Source: Mizuhopecten yessoensis (lineage: Eukaryota). From it: a stretch of 64,000 nt of DNA. A program made the translations under genes and the position numbers. The notes below the pieces were generated by a model that saw nothing but the letters and a program-made list of their open reading frames with translations, did not search any database and was not told where the DNA came from. The stretch spans positions 7,111,255-7,175,254 of the forward strand of contig NW_018404492.1 in NCBI RefSeq assembly GCF_002113885.1. Reading direction: 5' to 3'. Every line of letters begins with the position of its first letter. The stretch's first letter is position 1. Positions 53,665-64,000 of the stretch are shown one piece after another.

Positions 53665-54551
53665 GTAAATCTTGTAATGACAATTTTTTAGATACAATTA
53701 CTTATTGGTATGCAAATTGGGTGTGCAGTCTGATTTAACAGACCTGTGGATCCTGGGATGGAACACATAGCAGTTCAACCTGACCGTCAAGTTTGTATTC
53801 GCCTTGAATCTTGGCAGATAGTGTAGTCTATCACAATCCAGGATATTCTATTTATACTTTTTTATAAAAGAAAAATGTACATAAAAAAGCTTGTCTTGTC
53901 TTTTATTTTAAGAACACAGTACAGTTACACTTGAAACCAATAAAATAATTCTCCATACGGTATTAATGTCTTCAGATAACTTTTTCATATAATCCTATGG
54001 CAAATATTGAAAATGGTCATTTCTGCAGAGGTGTGCTATTGCAGAGTTTACCTTGGATACTGTGACCGTAAAACTGGGACTAAGATCTCTTTAAACATCC
54101 ACATGACCTTGATCTAGCCTAGGGTCATGCAACCTTGAAAATGGAACTACAGTTTCAAGTATTCTGTACATGATTTCCAACAACTCTCCAATGCATATGC
54201 CTATTCAAATAGTCTCAGACTACCGTTTTAGCGAAAATGAGATTCGTAATTTTCAAATAGTCATGTTACCTTGACCTTTGAAACCGGGTCAAGGTATTCT
54301 TCACATATTTTCCAACAAACTGCTAGCCATTGCACTGCTCAATGTTTGCAACCAAGTTTTAAGGTCATCTGCATTAGAAAGTTGTTGGAAATCTTGTGAC
54401 GAATACTTGGACCCAGTTTCTAGGTCACAGGTTTAAAGGTCAGGGTCACATGACCGTTTGAAAATTAGGAACATCATTTTGTCTAAAACGGTAGACTTTT
54501 TAATTATAGGGCATAATAATGCATTAGAAATTTCTCCCCAGAAATTTAAGA

Positions 54552-54770
54552 AGGCATGTCGGAATCGAAGTCACAGCTGACATTTTTACAACTTCATAAT
54601 CTTTAAACATTAATTTATAGTATTTGGTGCTAATACCCATTTTAACAGTTTTATACTAAACTATCTAAGGCATGTTTTTTTCACAAATGAAGGCGTGACA
54701 AATATGGAATTTATTCAGGAATTAAGGCACGTCATTTCCGAAACATATGCATGTCATTTCTGACATGCCT
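54552..54770. mobile_element. MITE nested in the CACTA element (Kolobok-like AGG...CCT ends)
   Basis: TIR aggcatgtcggaa / ttctgacatgcct. TTAA follows the right end; the left flank ttaaga is degenerate. Confidence 0.5.
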
Positions 54771-55346
54771 TTAAGACCGTCCTGGGGAGGATAGTGTAAA
54801 TTTTCCCCCAAACACCGAAACAATAATTAAAATGTACTCCAACTTGAACTACAAAATCATAAAATGCTATATACAAGTGCACGTGTTGGTCAAATTTGGG
54901 CAATCGATTACTCTCTAAAGAGTAGAATATTAGTATTACTCGCAATTAGGGCCTACAAAAAAGTGTTGTTTCCCCTTCCTGACCGAGCATATTTTTTTGG
55001 GGACATTTTCAAAGAAGAACTACAGTAATCAAGTGTGAATGTTTCTTACAAATAACCATAAAAAGGGTAAGTTTTTACTAAAAAATTGCCACAAACCTTA
55101 ACCAGGGACCCACAGGCCTAAACATTCAAATTAAAAATATCATGCACGCATGGAAAGGCAAGTCTTATACCAGGTGTACAACTGTCAGCCTGTCATTATA
55201 CATGCATGTAATTATTTGTCAACATACACCTTGGTTCGGACGGCCAGGGACCAGATGATTTCCTTTGAAAAAAAAATGCCTTCCAGCTGGAGTGGGATAT
55301 TTTTAAATGGAATATATAGACCCTTATATTAATGATAATTCATTAT

Positions 55347-56944
55347 TTACTGATCATCATAAATATAACTTTGAATTTTTTTCTTTAGAAGGTTTCCAAA
55401 TTTCTCCCGACTTACAACTGATAGGCATCCAAATTTTCCCAGTTTAGGATCCAGTTTTAAAAGTTCATTTTCTTTCGGTACCTCCCAGATACAGTAACGC
55501 ATGTCTGGATTTACCTCTATATCTGTGGAGCTAAGTCTCAAGTTGTCTGTGTTATCTGCTACAACTCTGCACTCTTCAGTGGTCATCTTGCCATCGGTAT
55601 TTAACTTTCCACAACTCTTCACTGAGTTCCTTACTAGAAAAGCAGTTTCTGTGACACATTTGACTCCCCAGAATTTTTTTTTGTTTGCCCACTCCATTAG
55701 AACAAATGACCGAAACTGAATCTCGCGTTTTGAGCACTTAGATTCATTGTTGGGCAGGGTTTGTTTTTCATTACGTCGTTTCTTTTTTTCTATAACTGGT
55801 AAATCTTCGTCATTACTGATATCAATGTGTAATTCATGATCATCATCCGCTGCAGCAGATCCTTTGGGTTGGATTGTTTGTAGTCTCTCTGGGGATCCAT
55901 CATTCCTAGGCCTCTTCACATTTTTTGATTTTGATGGTAGATGATCAACATCAATCGAGCTCGAGGATTGCTTATTGGCATCAGAATCTGTATCAGTAGA
56001 ACATGAACTTTGTTTAAACATTTCATCCAACTTCCTGCTTGTGTTTGGCGTAGCCTTCTTTTTCTTTACTTCCACTTTTTCAAGTTTTTTTGTCCAGAAA
56101 AGTATCATCTGTTTCACACCAGCATTTTTTATAGTTGTTGCACCATCTGGTGAAACAGCTGGCAAATCTACATCTATTTTCGCGTCCATGTCTTTACTTT
56201 TCAAAACAACATTTGAATACATATCGTCTTCCTTACCTAGAAAGATACCCGTTCCTACTATGACACTGGTACTGTCACAACTGTGTTTCAATTTTACCAA
56301 ATCACCTGGTTTCAAATCACACAAACCCAAGTCATTTTTTTTACGCTTTTCACTTAATTCAGCTTTGTGTTGTGCGAGGAATTTCCGTCTTTTTCCTGAA
56401 TTCAAGTCTTTTAAGTACTTTCTTCTATTTTGTAAATGTTCTCCGACTCGCCTCCAAATTTCTGACCTTTTTGATTTGAGGGCAGGGACATGGTTTTCAA
56501 TAATTGTATGGAATTCTTCTTTTTTTCGACTTGTGATGTCTTGTAATGTTATGGGATTTTTCCATAGCTTTGTTGCTTTCATTGTATCCTTCATCAAGCT
56601 ATTAAAATATGTTTGAGCAGAATTACTTTTCGTTCTGATAGCTTTCTTTCGTAGCATTTCATCTACATTAAATTTTGTTATAGGTGTCAGGATGGAACTA
56701 ACACTACTGGTCGAAGATTTCTCAGTTTCACTACTACTGGTATCAAGATCTGTAGTGCATGAAGTCTCGGTGGTTTCTGATTCTAAGCCTGGTGATTCCT
56801 TATCTGCGACTTGATCCATGTAATCTGCTCCCTGTTTCAAATGTATTAGGTTTCGTACAATCCTCCGATCACCGAAACTTTTGAAAAGGTCCTTGATATC
56901 CCCTTCAGTGAACGTATATATATCTTCAGCTGTAATTTGATTTT
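55347..56944 (-). CDS. CACTA accessory (TnpA-like) protein, main exon: SAM-like N-terminus, basic helical region, TNP1-like motif
   Basis: The frame of the 497-aa ORF stays open 34 codons upstream of its TTG (NQITAEDIYTFTEGDIKDLFKSFGDRRIVRNLIH) up to acceptor ttttctttgcag|AA at 56945|56944 (phase 1). It lies inside the CACTA ends and is K/R-rich with NLS-like KKKRR. Confidence 0.85.
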
Positions 56945-57807
56945 CTGCAAAGAAAATGTATAAAATATTGTCAGGATATGTAGTCCCCCGGAAGGTGATT
57001 TTTTAAATAATGAACTACAGTATGTCTCATTTAGTCTCAACAGGGTTTTTGCCCCTCATTTTTATCAATTCAGGGAAAATTTCACTGGTATATTAGTCAT
57101 AACGGAATTCCAAATCTCAACCTAATTGGTTAACAAATACAAAAGTTGTCTGCTTTGAGACAACTGAAAATTTGCGTCTTGACGTTCCATTGACGCCATA
57201 GTTTATAGTAAAATTGACAATATATTAAGAGTATCGGTACGTTTTATGCCCTCATTGTGAATCCCAGTAAAAAGCAACCAAATCTGGTTGCAACTTGCCT
57301 AAATTTCATTTGATTTTGTTTGGATCCATATTTTTTTAAACCTGACCTTTTTTAAGTTAAATTTTCTACCTTTGAGATAAATTTGGACATAATTTCGATG
57401 TTTCACGCTGATCTGCCTCTGATTTGACACTTCTGGTTCTCCCTACCATCGATTCGAAAATATACCGCGATACAAGAGTAGTTACGTCCCCTGGATTCAC
57501 CGAACCGGCGGGTAGCAGACGCTCGCAAAGTATTGAATGGTTTTTCTTACAATTAAATGTATGTCCTCAAAGGTTATATATTTGTTTATATCCTGATGTA
57601 AAAGTTTCTACTGGGGTGTACACTCGTCCCTCGTAATTTCGCGGAAATTGTTAAGTACCGCGATACAGTAGGGCTAAACATGGATTTGAACATTTTTCAA
57701 ACTAAAAGTAAAGATCTATGCCAATCTCAACATGCATTTAATTACGGAAACACACAGATCAGTATTGTTACAGATTTGAGTACGGCCTGCAAACGAATGA
57801 TACCAAC

Positions 57808-57847
57808 CTTCCATCGCAAGTTTGCCCTCCGACGAGAGATTCTCCAT
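57808..57847 (-). CDS. Accessory gene exon 1 (MENLSSEGKLAME + G)
   Basis: ATG at 57847 (alternative in-frame ATG at 57868), 40 nt, donor GAAG|GTTGGT at 57808|57807 in phase 1. Joins exon 2 as G+AA=Glu, giving a continuous SAM-like sequence; intron is 863 bp. Confidence 0.62.
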
Positions 57848-57868
57848 CGTAATATGAATGTTCTGCAT

Positions 57869-58008
57869 CCTCAGAATCCCGCGAAAGTACTGCAGAGCGG
57901 AAAAGGCGCAACCACGTGATGTTTGTTTTGAGATGTGATGTTGTGCGAGATTTGAATACACAGCTTCCGGTATGCCGGCAAGGTTTCAGCAACAACGTTA
58001 ACGCTCGT
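57869..58008. promoter_or_regulatory. Putative bidirectional promoter between the divergent accessory gene and transposase
   Basis: Short gap between inferred divergent start codons, CpG-containing, with palindromic E-box CACGTG (57913-57918) and ETS-like CTTCCGG (57964-57970). Confidence 0.5.
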
Positions 58009-58193
58009 ATGCCACGGCGAAAAATAATATGTCCTTGCTGCATATGCAGATCATGTTTAGATCCTGTAGATCATCGCACTGCAAAGTCTCACATCTCGAA
58101 ATATGGCATACAACATTCGACATCTCCGGGTAAAACCGTGCTTTCGCATCATAGCGGGAAAGTTGCAAATCATGGCGGACAAGTTGCAAAAAA
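58009..58193 (+). CDS. Transposase exon 1 (Cys/His transposase-associated N-terminal domain)
   Basis: MPRRKIICPCCICRSCLDPVDHRTAKSHISKYG has the CPCxxC...H..YG pattern of CACTA N-terminal domains. Donor AA|GTAAGT at 58193|58194 is phase 2 and joins in frame (AA+A=Lys, then ATG 59799) across a 1604-bp intron. An alternative in-frame ATG is at 57919. Confidence 0.8.
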
Positions 58194-59164
58194 GTAAGTA
58201 AAGTGTTGTATATGGGATGATAGTTTGACATCTGTCCCGGGTTGGGTACTGTCAAATTTTTGGGTACACCCATGTCAAACGTTGGATGCATTTAAAACCA
58301 TTTTTCCGAATTTTCGTTCAATTTTGAAAGATATGAGCGTCGACAGAATAAAGACGGACAATTTTGAAAAATACATTGTAATACAGAAAAGGTTTTCTCC
58401 CATACCAAGTGGCAGTGTGTGTTTTCTCACTCTCAGCTCATTAGTAAGCATTCCCTACTATTGGTAAACATTTTTGTTTCTTAACATATGTCGGTAAAAA
58501 ACACCTATACATAGCTATATAGGCATATATATATATGTATTTGAAAGTTGTAGGGACACGGCTGTAAGAGTTACTTTTGAAAAGTTTCAATGTCATTGGG
58601 TCTCATCAAATATTGTTTCTTACATATTGAAAGTTACAGTATTTGACTTATTTTTAAGTAATAGCCTGAATAGTCAAATATCACACAAACTTTAATTTGA
58701 GATGCATGCTCTGTTCAACTTTTTGCATAGCTCCAGATCTAGAGGATCTCAGGTGGGCCTCTTGTTTTTTAAAAAAATCGTTGAAAATTTTAAAACTTTA
58801 ATTTCTCAACCTTGTTACAAATTATTTAGATGGTTCATTTTATCTATTTCAGAACGACACAGCTTCCCATGGCCACTGGTCCTACTAGTCCTTCTGTTTT
58901 GGAATTGGAAGACTCAGAAGTTGAAAGGTATAACAATATTTTTCTGACATTATGAAGATGTACTTCATCTGTCTGCGACACATCGGTTTTCCAGACTTTA
59001 CTTCGTTTCAATAATATTTGACCTCTGTAGACCTATTTTCTACTAAATTGTCGTAGGATCATGAAAATTGAGCTTTGTGATGAGCAATGGATGTCAAACT
59101 TATGCAATATTATTTTAATCAAATTTCCAGTTGGGGCAAATTGAACAACAATAATACAGCCTCT

Positions 59165-59330
59165 TGTTAAATATGGTCATAAAGCATATCAAATCGAACA
59201 GGATGATGAGAACTGTATTTTGCAAGACCATTTGTCACCATAGACTGAAATAGGGGAGGGGAGTCGGGTCAAAATAATTTGTTTTTAAATATATCAAATC
59301 AAACAGGATGATGAATACTGCATTTTGCAA
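59165..59330. repeat. Two diverged satellite/HINE-type monomer fragments in the transposase intron
   Basis: Repeated atatcaaatc(g/a)aacaggatgatga motif with an intervening gggtcaaa, similar to bivalve HINE internal repeats. Confidence 0.4.
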
Positions 59331-59434
59331 TTTTCCCTGTACACTGTATATAAATATGTATTTACAAATTTGCACTGCAACTTATTTGGATGTCAGGACT
59401 CGACAAACCTGACATATATGCATGTAGATGATCG

Positions 59435-59742
59435 TACATGAGTGTCCATGTAATATTGGGATTTATTAAACAAGTTAAATAATTGTATATGTCACGAGCC
59501 TTTAGGCGATTAATTTATTTAACAAGTTTAATAAATTCAATATTACATGGACACAAGTGTAAAATTCTATTTATCACATAACTCATAATTATGAGTAAAT
59601 AGGCCAAAAAACTCAAATTATCTCCCTAAAGGAACGACAATTTTCTTTGATGGCTTCATTCAATTAGGACGTCACAATGCCTTTATGACACAGTGTGGCT
59701 TACGATATGTATGACATGGAAAATGAGCCAGTTATGTAATGA
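59435..59742. mobile_element. Hairpin-ended (Crypton-like) element nested in the transposase intron
   Basis: Palindrome 59435-59561 centred on CGAGCC-TTTA-GGCGA; IR tttatcacataac (~59570) / gttatgtaatgaa (~59731). Confidence 0.55.
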
Positions 59743-59797
59743 AGGAATCTTAATATACATTACAATTGTCTTAAAATATTTCCTTTAAATTTTTCAG

Positions 59798-62624
59798 AAT
59801 GGATTCTGATGATAGCATGGTGGAGGATACTTTCTCAGGGTCAGATACCGGTACCAATGTCAATGTTGACAACGAACTTGAAGATGCAGATGGGGCTGTT
59901 AGTTCATCTGTTCTGACTCCATCCAAGCCTGAGGAATGTGATGATCAAGATGTAGATTCAACTGTGTCTTTGAGTGATGAGGAATTTGACATCGATGAGG
60001 AATTTGACACCGACGAAAATGAAGTAGTTAACAATTACAACATTAGTGATACCTGGTCATTTACATATGACAAAACATTGTATACTAGTGGAATAGCTTG
60101 TGAAATGATGCCAGGTTCGAACATATCAGTGTTGCAATGGTTAGCTATGAATTTTTATACATTCTCATCACACTCTATGAGCAAAAATTCTTTTTCTTGC
60201 AACCTAAACATTCAGAAGATATTACATACCTCTAACAAAGACTGCTCGATGTCATTGGAGTTGCCTTCAAATTATCGCAAAGCAAGGAAAATGGTGGACC
60301 AATATAGAGTAAAGAAACTCAATTTCAAATGTTGCGTTAATGACTGTATAGTGTACAAAAACAATGCAGGTACTAATCCGAAGTGCCCAATGTGCGATTC
60401 GACTAAAACGAAAAATTTTGTTTATCTACCAATTGCACCAAGAATTGCACGAATTTATGGTGAAAAGAACTTGGCTAAATTGATTCAGGTACATGGACAC
60501 AGATTGGAACATAATTTAAAACCCGACATGTGGGATATTCAAGACTCACCTGCATGGCAAGAAGTGTATGGTGAGGATGGACATTTTAAAGGGGACCATA
60601 CAGGGTTATCCTTTGCATTTGAGGCAGATGGTGTTAGCCCATACCACAACCTGAGAATTTCATATTCAATGACACCTATAATGTTGACTTTGTTGAACCT
60701 TCCAAGAAACATTCGAAATCTGTTTGGGAACATTTTCTTAGTTGGTATAGTTCCTGGAACGGGTCGGTCAGAAGCATTAAAATTAGATCCCTATCTGGAG
60801 ATTATGGTCGATGAACTACTTTATCTTACAGAATGTCGGACGATTGACAGTTACAAAAATGCTCCTGTAAGTGTGAAACTCAAAGTACTTCTGTTTGTTC
60901 TTGACTACCCTGGACTATCCAAAGTATTTTCTCAACACGGAAGTGGCAGCTTAGCTGTGTGTCACTGGTGTTTCGTCAGAGGACAACATTGCAAACATCT
61001 CGACAAGGTAATATATTTGTCGAATAGGTCATACTTGGCCTTCAGTGATCCATTACGCTTGGACAATAAACATTTTCTCTGTAAGAAAACTGACTTTTCT
61101 GTGGCACCCAAAGAAAGAAAGAAAGATGAAGAGAAGAATTTCCGAAATGCTTATGATACTGCGGACAAAATGGTGAATAAAAAGTTAGTAGCAACAGCAA
61201 CAGGCTGCAAGAGTTCATATGTACTAGAAAAGCTCCCAGGTCATGATAGAGTAAAGGAATCAATTCCAGATGCATGCCACACAATTAAGGATTTAGTCCA
61301 GAATATTATGAATTTGTTGGTGAGAAAGAGTGATGTGAAAAAAATATCTGAAGCAGAATTTAATTTAGGTAGATTATCAGTGAACATTACATCAGACAAC
61401 CAAATACAAACCGATCATGGAATAAACAACAATAATCATAAGAAACGAAAGACATGTTCTGAGATTGATCTACCATATGTTCTTACAAATGATGAAATTC
61501 AGCGTGCCGATGAAAGAGCCAAGAATATTCGTGTTCCACACGGTTTCGGTTTAAAGCCCTCTCCGTTCATTTCGAAAAACAGAGGTGCTTTGAAAAGCCA
61601 CGACTGGAAGCAGATTGCTACACACGGGATTCTTAAATACTGCTTACGTGGGTGTCTTTCAGAAGATTGTAGAACTACATTGTTTACATTATTGGATAGC
61701 ATTTCACGGATTTGTTCTGAATATGTGTCTATTGATGACTTGGCTGAAATGGAATGTGAACTAAATAGAGCACTTGCCTTCCTAGAGCGAGATTTTCCAT
61801 TGTCACTGCAAAACATAACGACCCATATTCTTCACCATATAGTAAATGGCATAAGGCGCTACGGACCTGTATATGGAACATGGATGTACAATTTTGAAAG
61901 ATTTAATTCATGGATATGTAAGAGAGTCTTCAATAAACGTCACCCAGAAGCAACAGTAATGGAGACATTTGCAGTTTTTGATTGGTGTAATTTTATGATT
62001 TCAACAGGAAGGATGCCCTCCAATATTGTAGCTATGACAAATCAGTTTAATGATGATTTGGAATGCCAAGAAATAAAATGTGATGGTGATCATGAACAGG
62101 CATACGAGTCTGGTATTGAAATCTGTTTGACTGGCAGGGAGTTACAGTTTTTACACCATGCACTTGCAAAAGAAGATCTTGTGTGTTGTGGCAACTGCAC
62201 TATCAGGAAAGCTTCGTCTCACAAAGTGACACACTCAGGAACTGGGCGTTGCATATATTATACAACTTCTGCTAAGTCGGTGCGAGCATCAGCTCTAACA
62301 AAGTCTTGTTATGTTTGTTTTGAAACCACTAGAGGAAAACCAAACAGGAAGTTGTCTACAGGTCAATTTGTGAATTTTGGCATCATTTTAGCTTTCTATC
62401 ACCATATAATAGAAGGTGGTGTACAAGCCACAGTGTCTTGTGTAGAAACATATACCAATGCTGAATGTGACAGTACCAAACTGTGGAAATGCCCCATTGA
62501 CTCCGAGAAGTCTAAGCTCTTCATTCACGTCAAAAAATTATCCAAACCGCTTGTGACTGCAGAAGAAGATGGTTGTTTATGGTTCTTGGATGGTGGGAGG
62601 TTACCTTTTCACAGTTCAATTTAA
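59798..62624 (+). CDS. CACTA TnpD-like DDE transposase, main exon (941 aa from ATG 59799; ~1003 aa with exon 1)
   Basis: Uninterrupted ORF with CMC/CACTA motifs: CCVNDCIVY..CPMC, WDIQDSPAW, EADGVSPY (first D), LLNLP, LDYPG (second D) followed by CHWC, DACH, LKSHDW, HILHH..YGP..WMYNFERFN (E). Preceded by acceptor ttttcag|A (59797|59798). Confidence 0.93.
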
Positions 62625-62978
62625 CTTGGTGAGGCCAAAAAAAATCTTTGTTTGGCATTGACGGACTAACTGGAGCTGGGATTGCATATTTTATATGCAG
62701 AATTATAAGGATTAAGATGAATGATTATTTTCTGTTATGTAATGGACCTGTTTGATCTTTTCTCTGATTTTAAAATTGATATGGATGTATGCAATATCAT
62801 TACAAATATATAATGATCACAATATGTGTATTGGGTTTTAACCAACAAATTCATCAAATGAAAATGAATTCGTCTGAAAATTATATTAAATTGTCTTTGA
62901 TTCGAAATGTATATATAAAATGTGTGTACAAATGAATGTTATAGATATATATTGTTATTTTTTTGTTTTGGTCACCAG

Positions 62979-63120
62979 GGCCCGAGATCATGAAACAATC
63001 TTAGACTTAAGTCTATTTTAATCTTAACTTGAAACTTAAATAACATCAGAATTAATCATCGTAACTATAGTTAAGTCTTAAGTCTGAATTAAGGCTAAGA
63101 TCACTTCATGATCCCAGGCC
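62979..63120. mobile_element. ~140-bp MITE nested in the CACTA right arm (GGCC termini, PIF/Harbinger-like)
   Basis: Left ggcccgagatcatgaaacaatcttagacttaa versus revcomp of right ggcctgggatcatgaagtgatcttagccttaa; CAG lies to the left, and the TSD is not preserved on the right. Confidence 0.6.
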
Positions 63121-63237
63121 AAAAGCTAATCAAAGTCTGTTGACTGGCCTGAAACATAAAGTAGCAAACAAACATTGCTAAACAATGATACAATGAGCAT
63201 TAATACATTAATTTAAGGCCAACAATTAGTAGTTGTC

Positions 63238-63712
63238 ATGGCCATTACAAGAAAAATGTAATGGGCATTACATAAAACCAATAATTAGTAATGGTCCTTA
63301 CACTGGAATCAAAAAATGTAATGGGCATTACATAAAGCCCTCAGTTAGTAATGGCCATTACATTAAGATAATAATTTGTTATAGTCATTAAATGGAAAAT
63401 GTAATGGCCATTACATAAAGCAATAATTAGTAATGGCCATTACAATATGATTAGCTGAATTATAATGGCCATTACAACCATGGATAGTGGCCATTAATAA
63501 ATATGAAACATGAAATAATGGCCATTATATTTTTCATGCCCATTAAAATGAAATAAGTAATAGGAAATAAACTAAAATTTGGGAAAATAATGGCCATTAC
63601 ATTACTAAACATGAGGTTTGTCAAAAAAAAAGAAACGAGAAATAATGGCCATTTGTAATGGAAACTGTGTTTTTAATGGGTTTGTAATGGGTTTGTAATG
63701 GTATTTTAATGG
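63238..63712. repeat. CACTA right subterminal repeat array (same palindromic motif)
   Basis: Many copies of (g)taatggccatta(c) and taatgggcattac, then 11-bp gtttgtaatgg half-site repeats next to the TIR. Confidence 0.9.
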
Positions 63713-64000
63713 CTTTGCTGTGCAATAGTGACATATCAAAATCTACCAAACGTTTACATTGTTTTAAAGTTCAACAATTAACTATTCAAATTACTCAGAG
63801 CCGCTGTATTAATCCGGAATGATTTTCGGTGGGGATTACAATGGTATGAAACACTTGCTGATTGGGTAATTTAGTTGTGTGAGTCCTATATAGATTGTTT
63901 ACAATAGGTAAAGACAGGGAACATATACTCACCTTCCAACATGGACATGAATCGGATGTGAACTGGTCACTATCAAAGTGTGCGTAACGCAATATAGATT

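Larger units (their letters stand above)
52208..63730 (+). mobile_element. Full-length CACTA/En-Spm (CMC superfamily) DNA transposon, putatively autonomous, two genes
   Basis: Left end CACTACTGC at 52208 and right end GCAATAGTG ending 63730 (revcomp CACTATTGC, 8/9 match). Both flanks are ACA (52205-52207 and 63731-63733), a 3-bp TSD. Dense subterminal repeats lie at both ends and a Transposase_21-like ORF lies inside. Confidence 0.95.

Noticed and set aside
55975-56616. 213-aa plus-strand ORF
   Set aside because: Antisense shadow of the Lys-rich accessory gene (Phe/Ser-rich mirror composition).
56832-56840. TTG start or CAG acceptor at 56832-56834 for the accessory gene
   Set aside because: The frame stays open to a stronger pyrimidine-rich acceptor at 56945 and the extension encodes the SAM-like segment.
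57370-57449. Alternative first exon MVGRTRSVKSEADQ… with donor AG|GTAGAA
   Set aside because: It ends in phase 2, incompatible with the phase-1 acceptor at 56944; its phase-1 frame has no ATG after an upstream stop.

Overview
AT-rich eukaryotic DNA, mostly non-coding. The repeat families (tRNA-derived SINEs, a Helentron-type element with ~150-bp internal satellite units) suggest a bivalve mollusc; this is an inference. The main feature is a complete, apparently intact 11.5-kb CACTA (En/Spm, CMC superfamily) DNA transposon at 52208-63730. It has CACTA...TAGTG ends, a 3-bp ACA target-site duplication and subterminal arrays of the palindrome TAATGGCCATTA. It carries two intron-containing genes arranged head-to-head about 160 bp apart. 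One is a ~1003-aa TnpD-like DDE transposase (+). The other is a ~545-aa accessory protein (-) that, once spliced, shows an N-terminal SAM-like domain, a basic helical segment and a plant TnpA/TNP1-like motif. The first ~52 kb looks intronic or intergenic. It contains a likely signal-peptide first exon of a minus-strand host gene (32.3 kb), a possible alternative first exon (12 kb), and three hairpin-ended Crypton-like non-autonomous elements (a fourth is nested in the transposase intron). It also contains SINEs, a decayed Penelope-like RT remnant, a 3x34-bp higher-order minisatellite and an excess of the TACATGTA octamer. All domain and family assignments are by eye, with no database searches.
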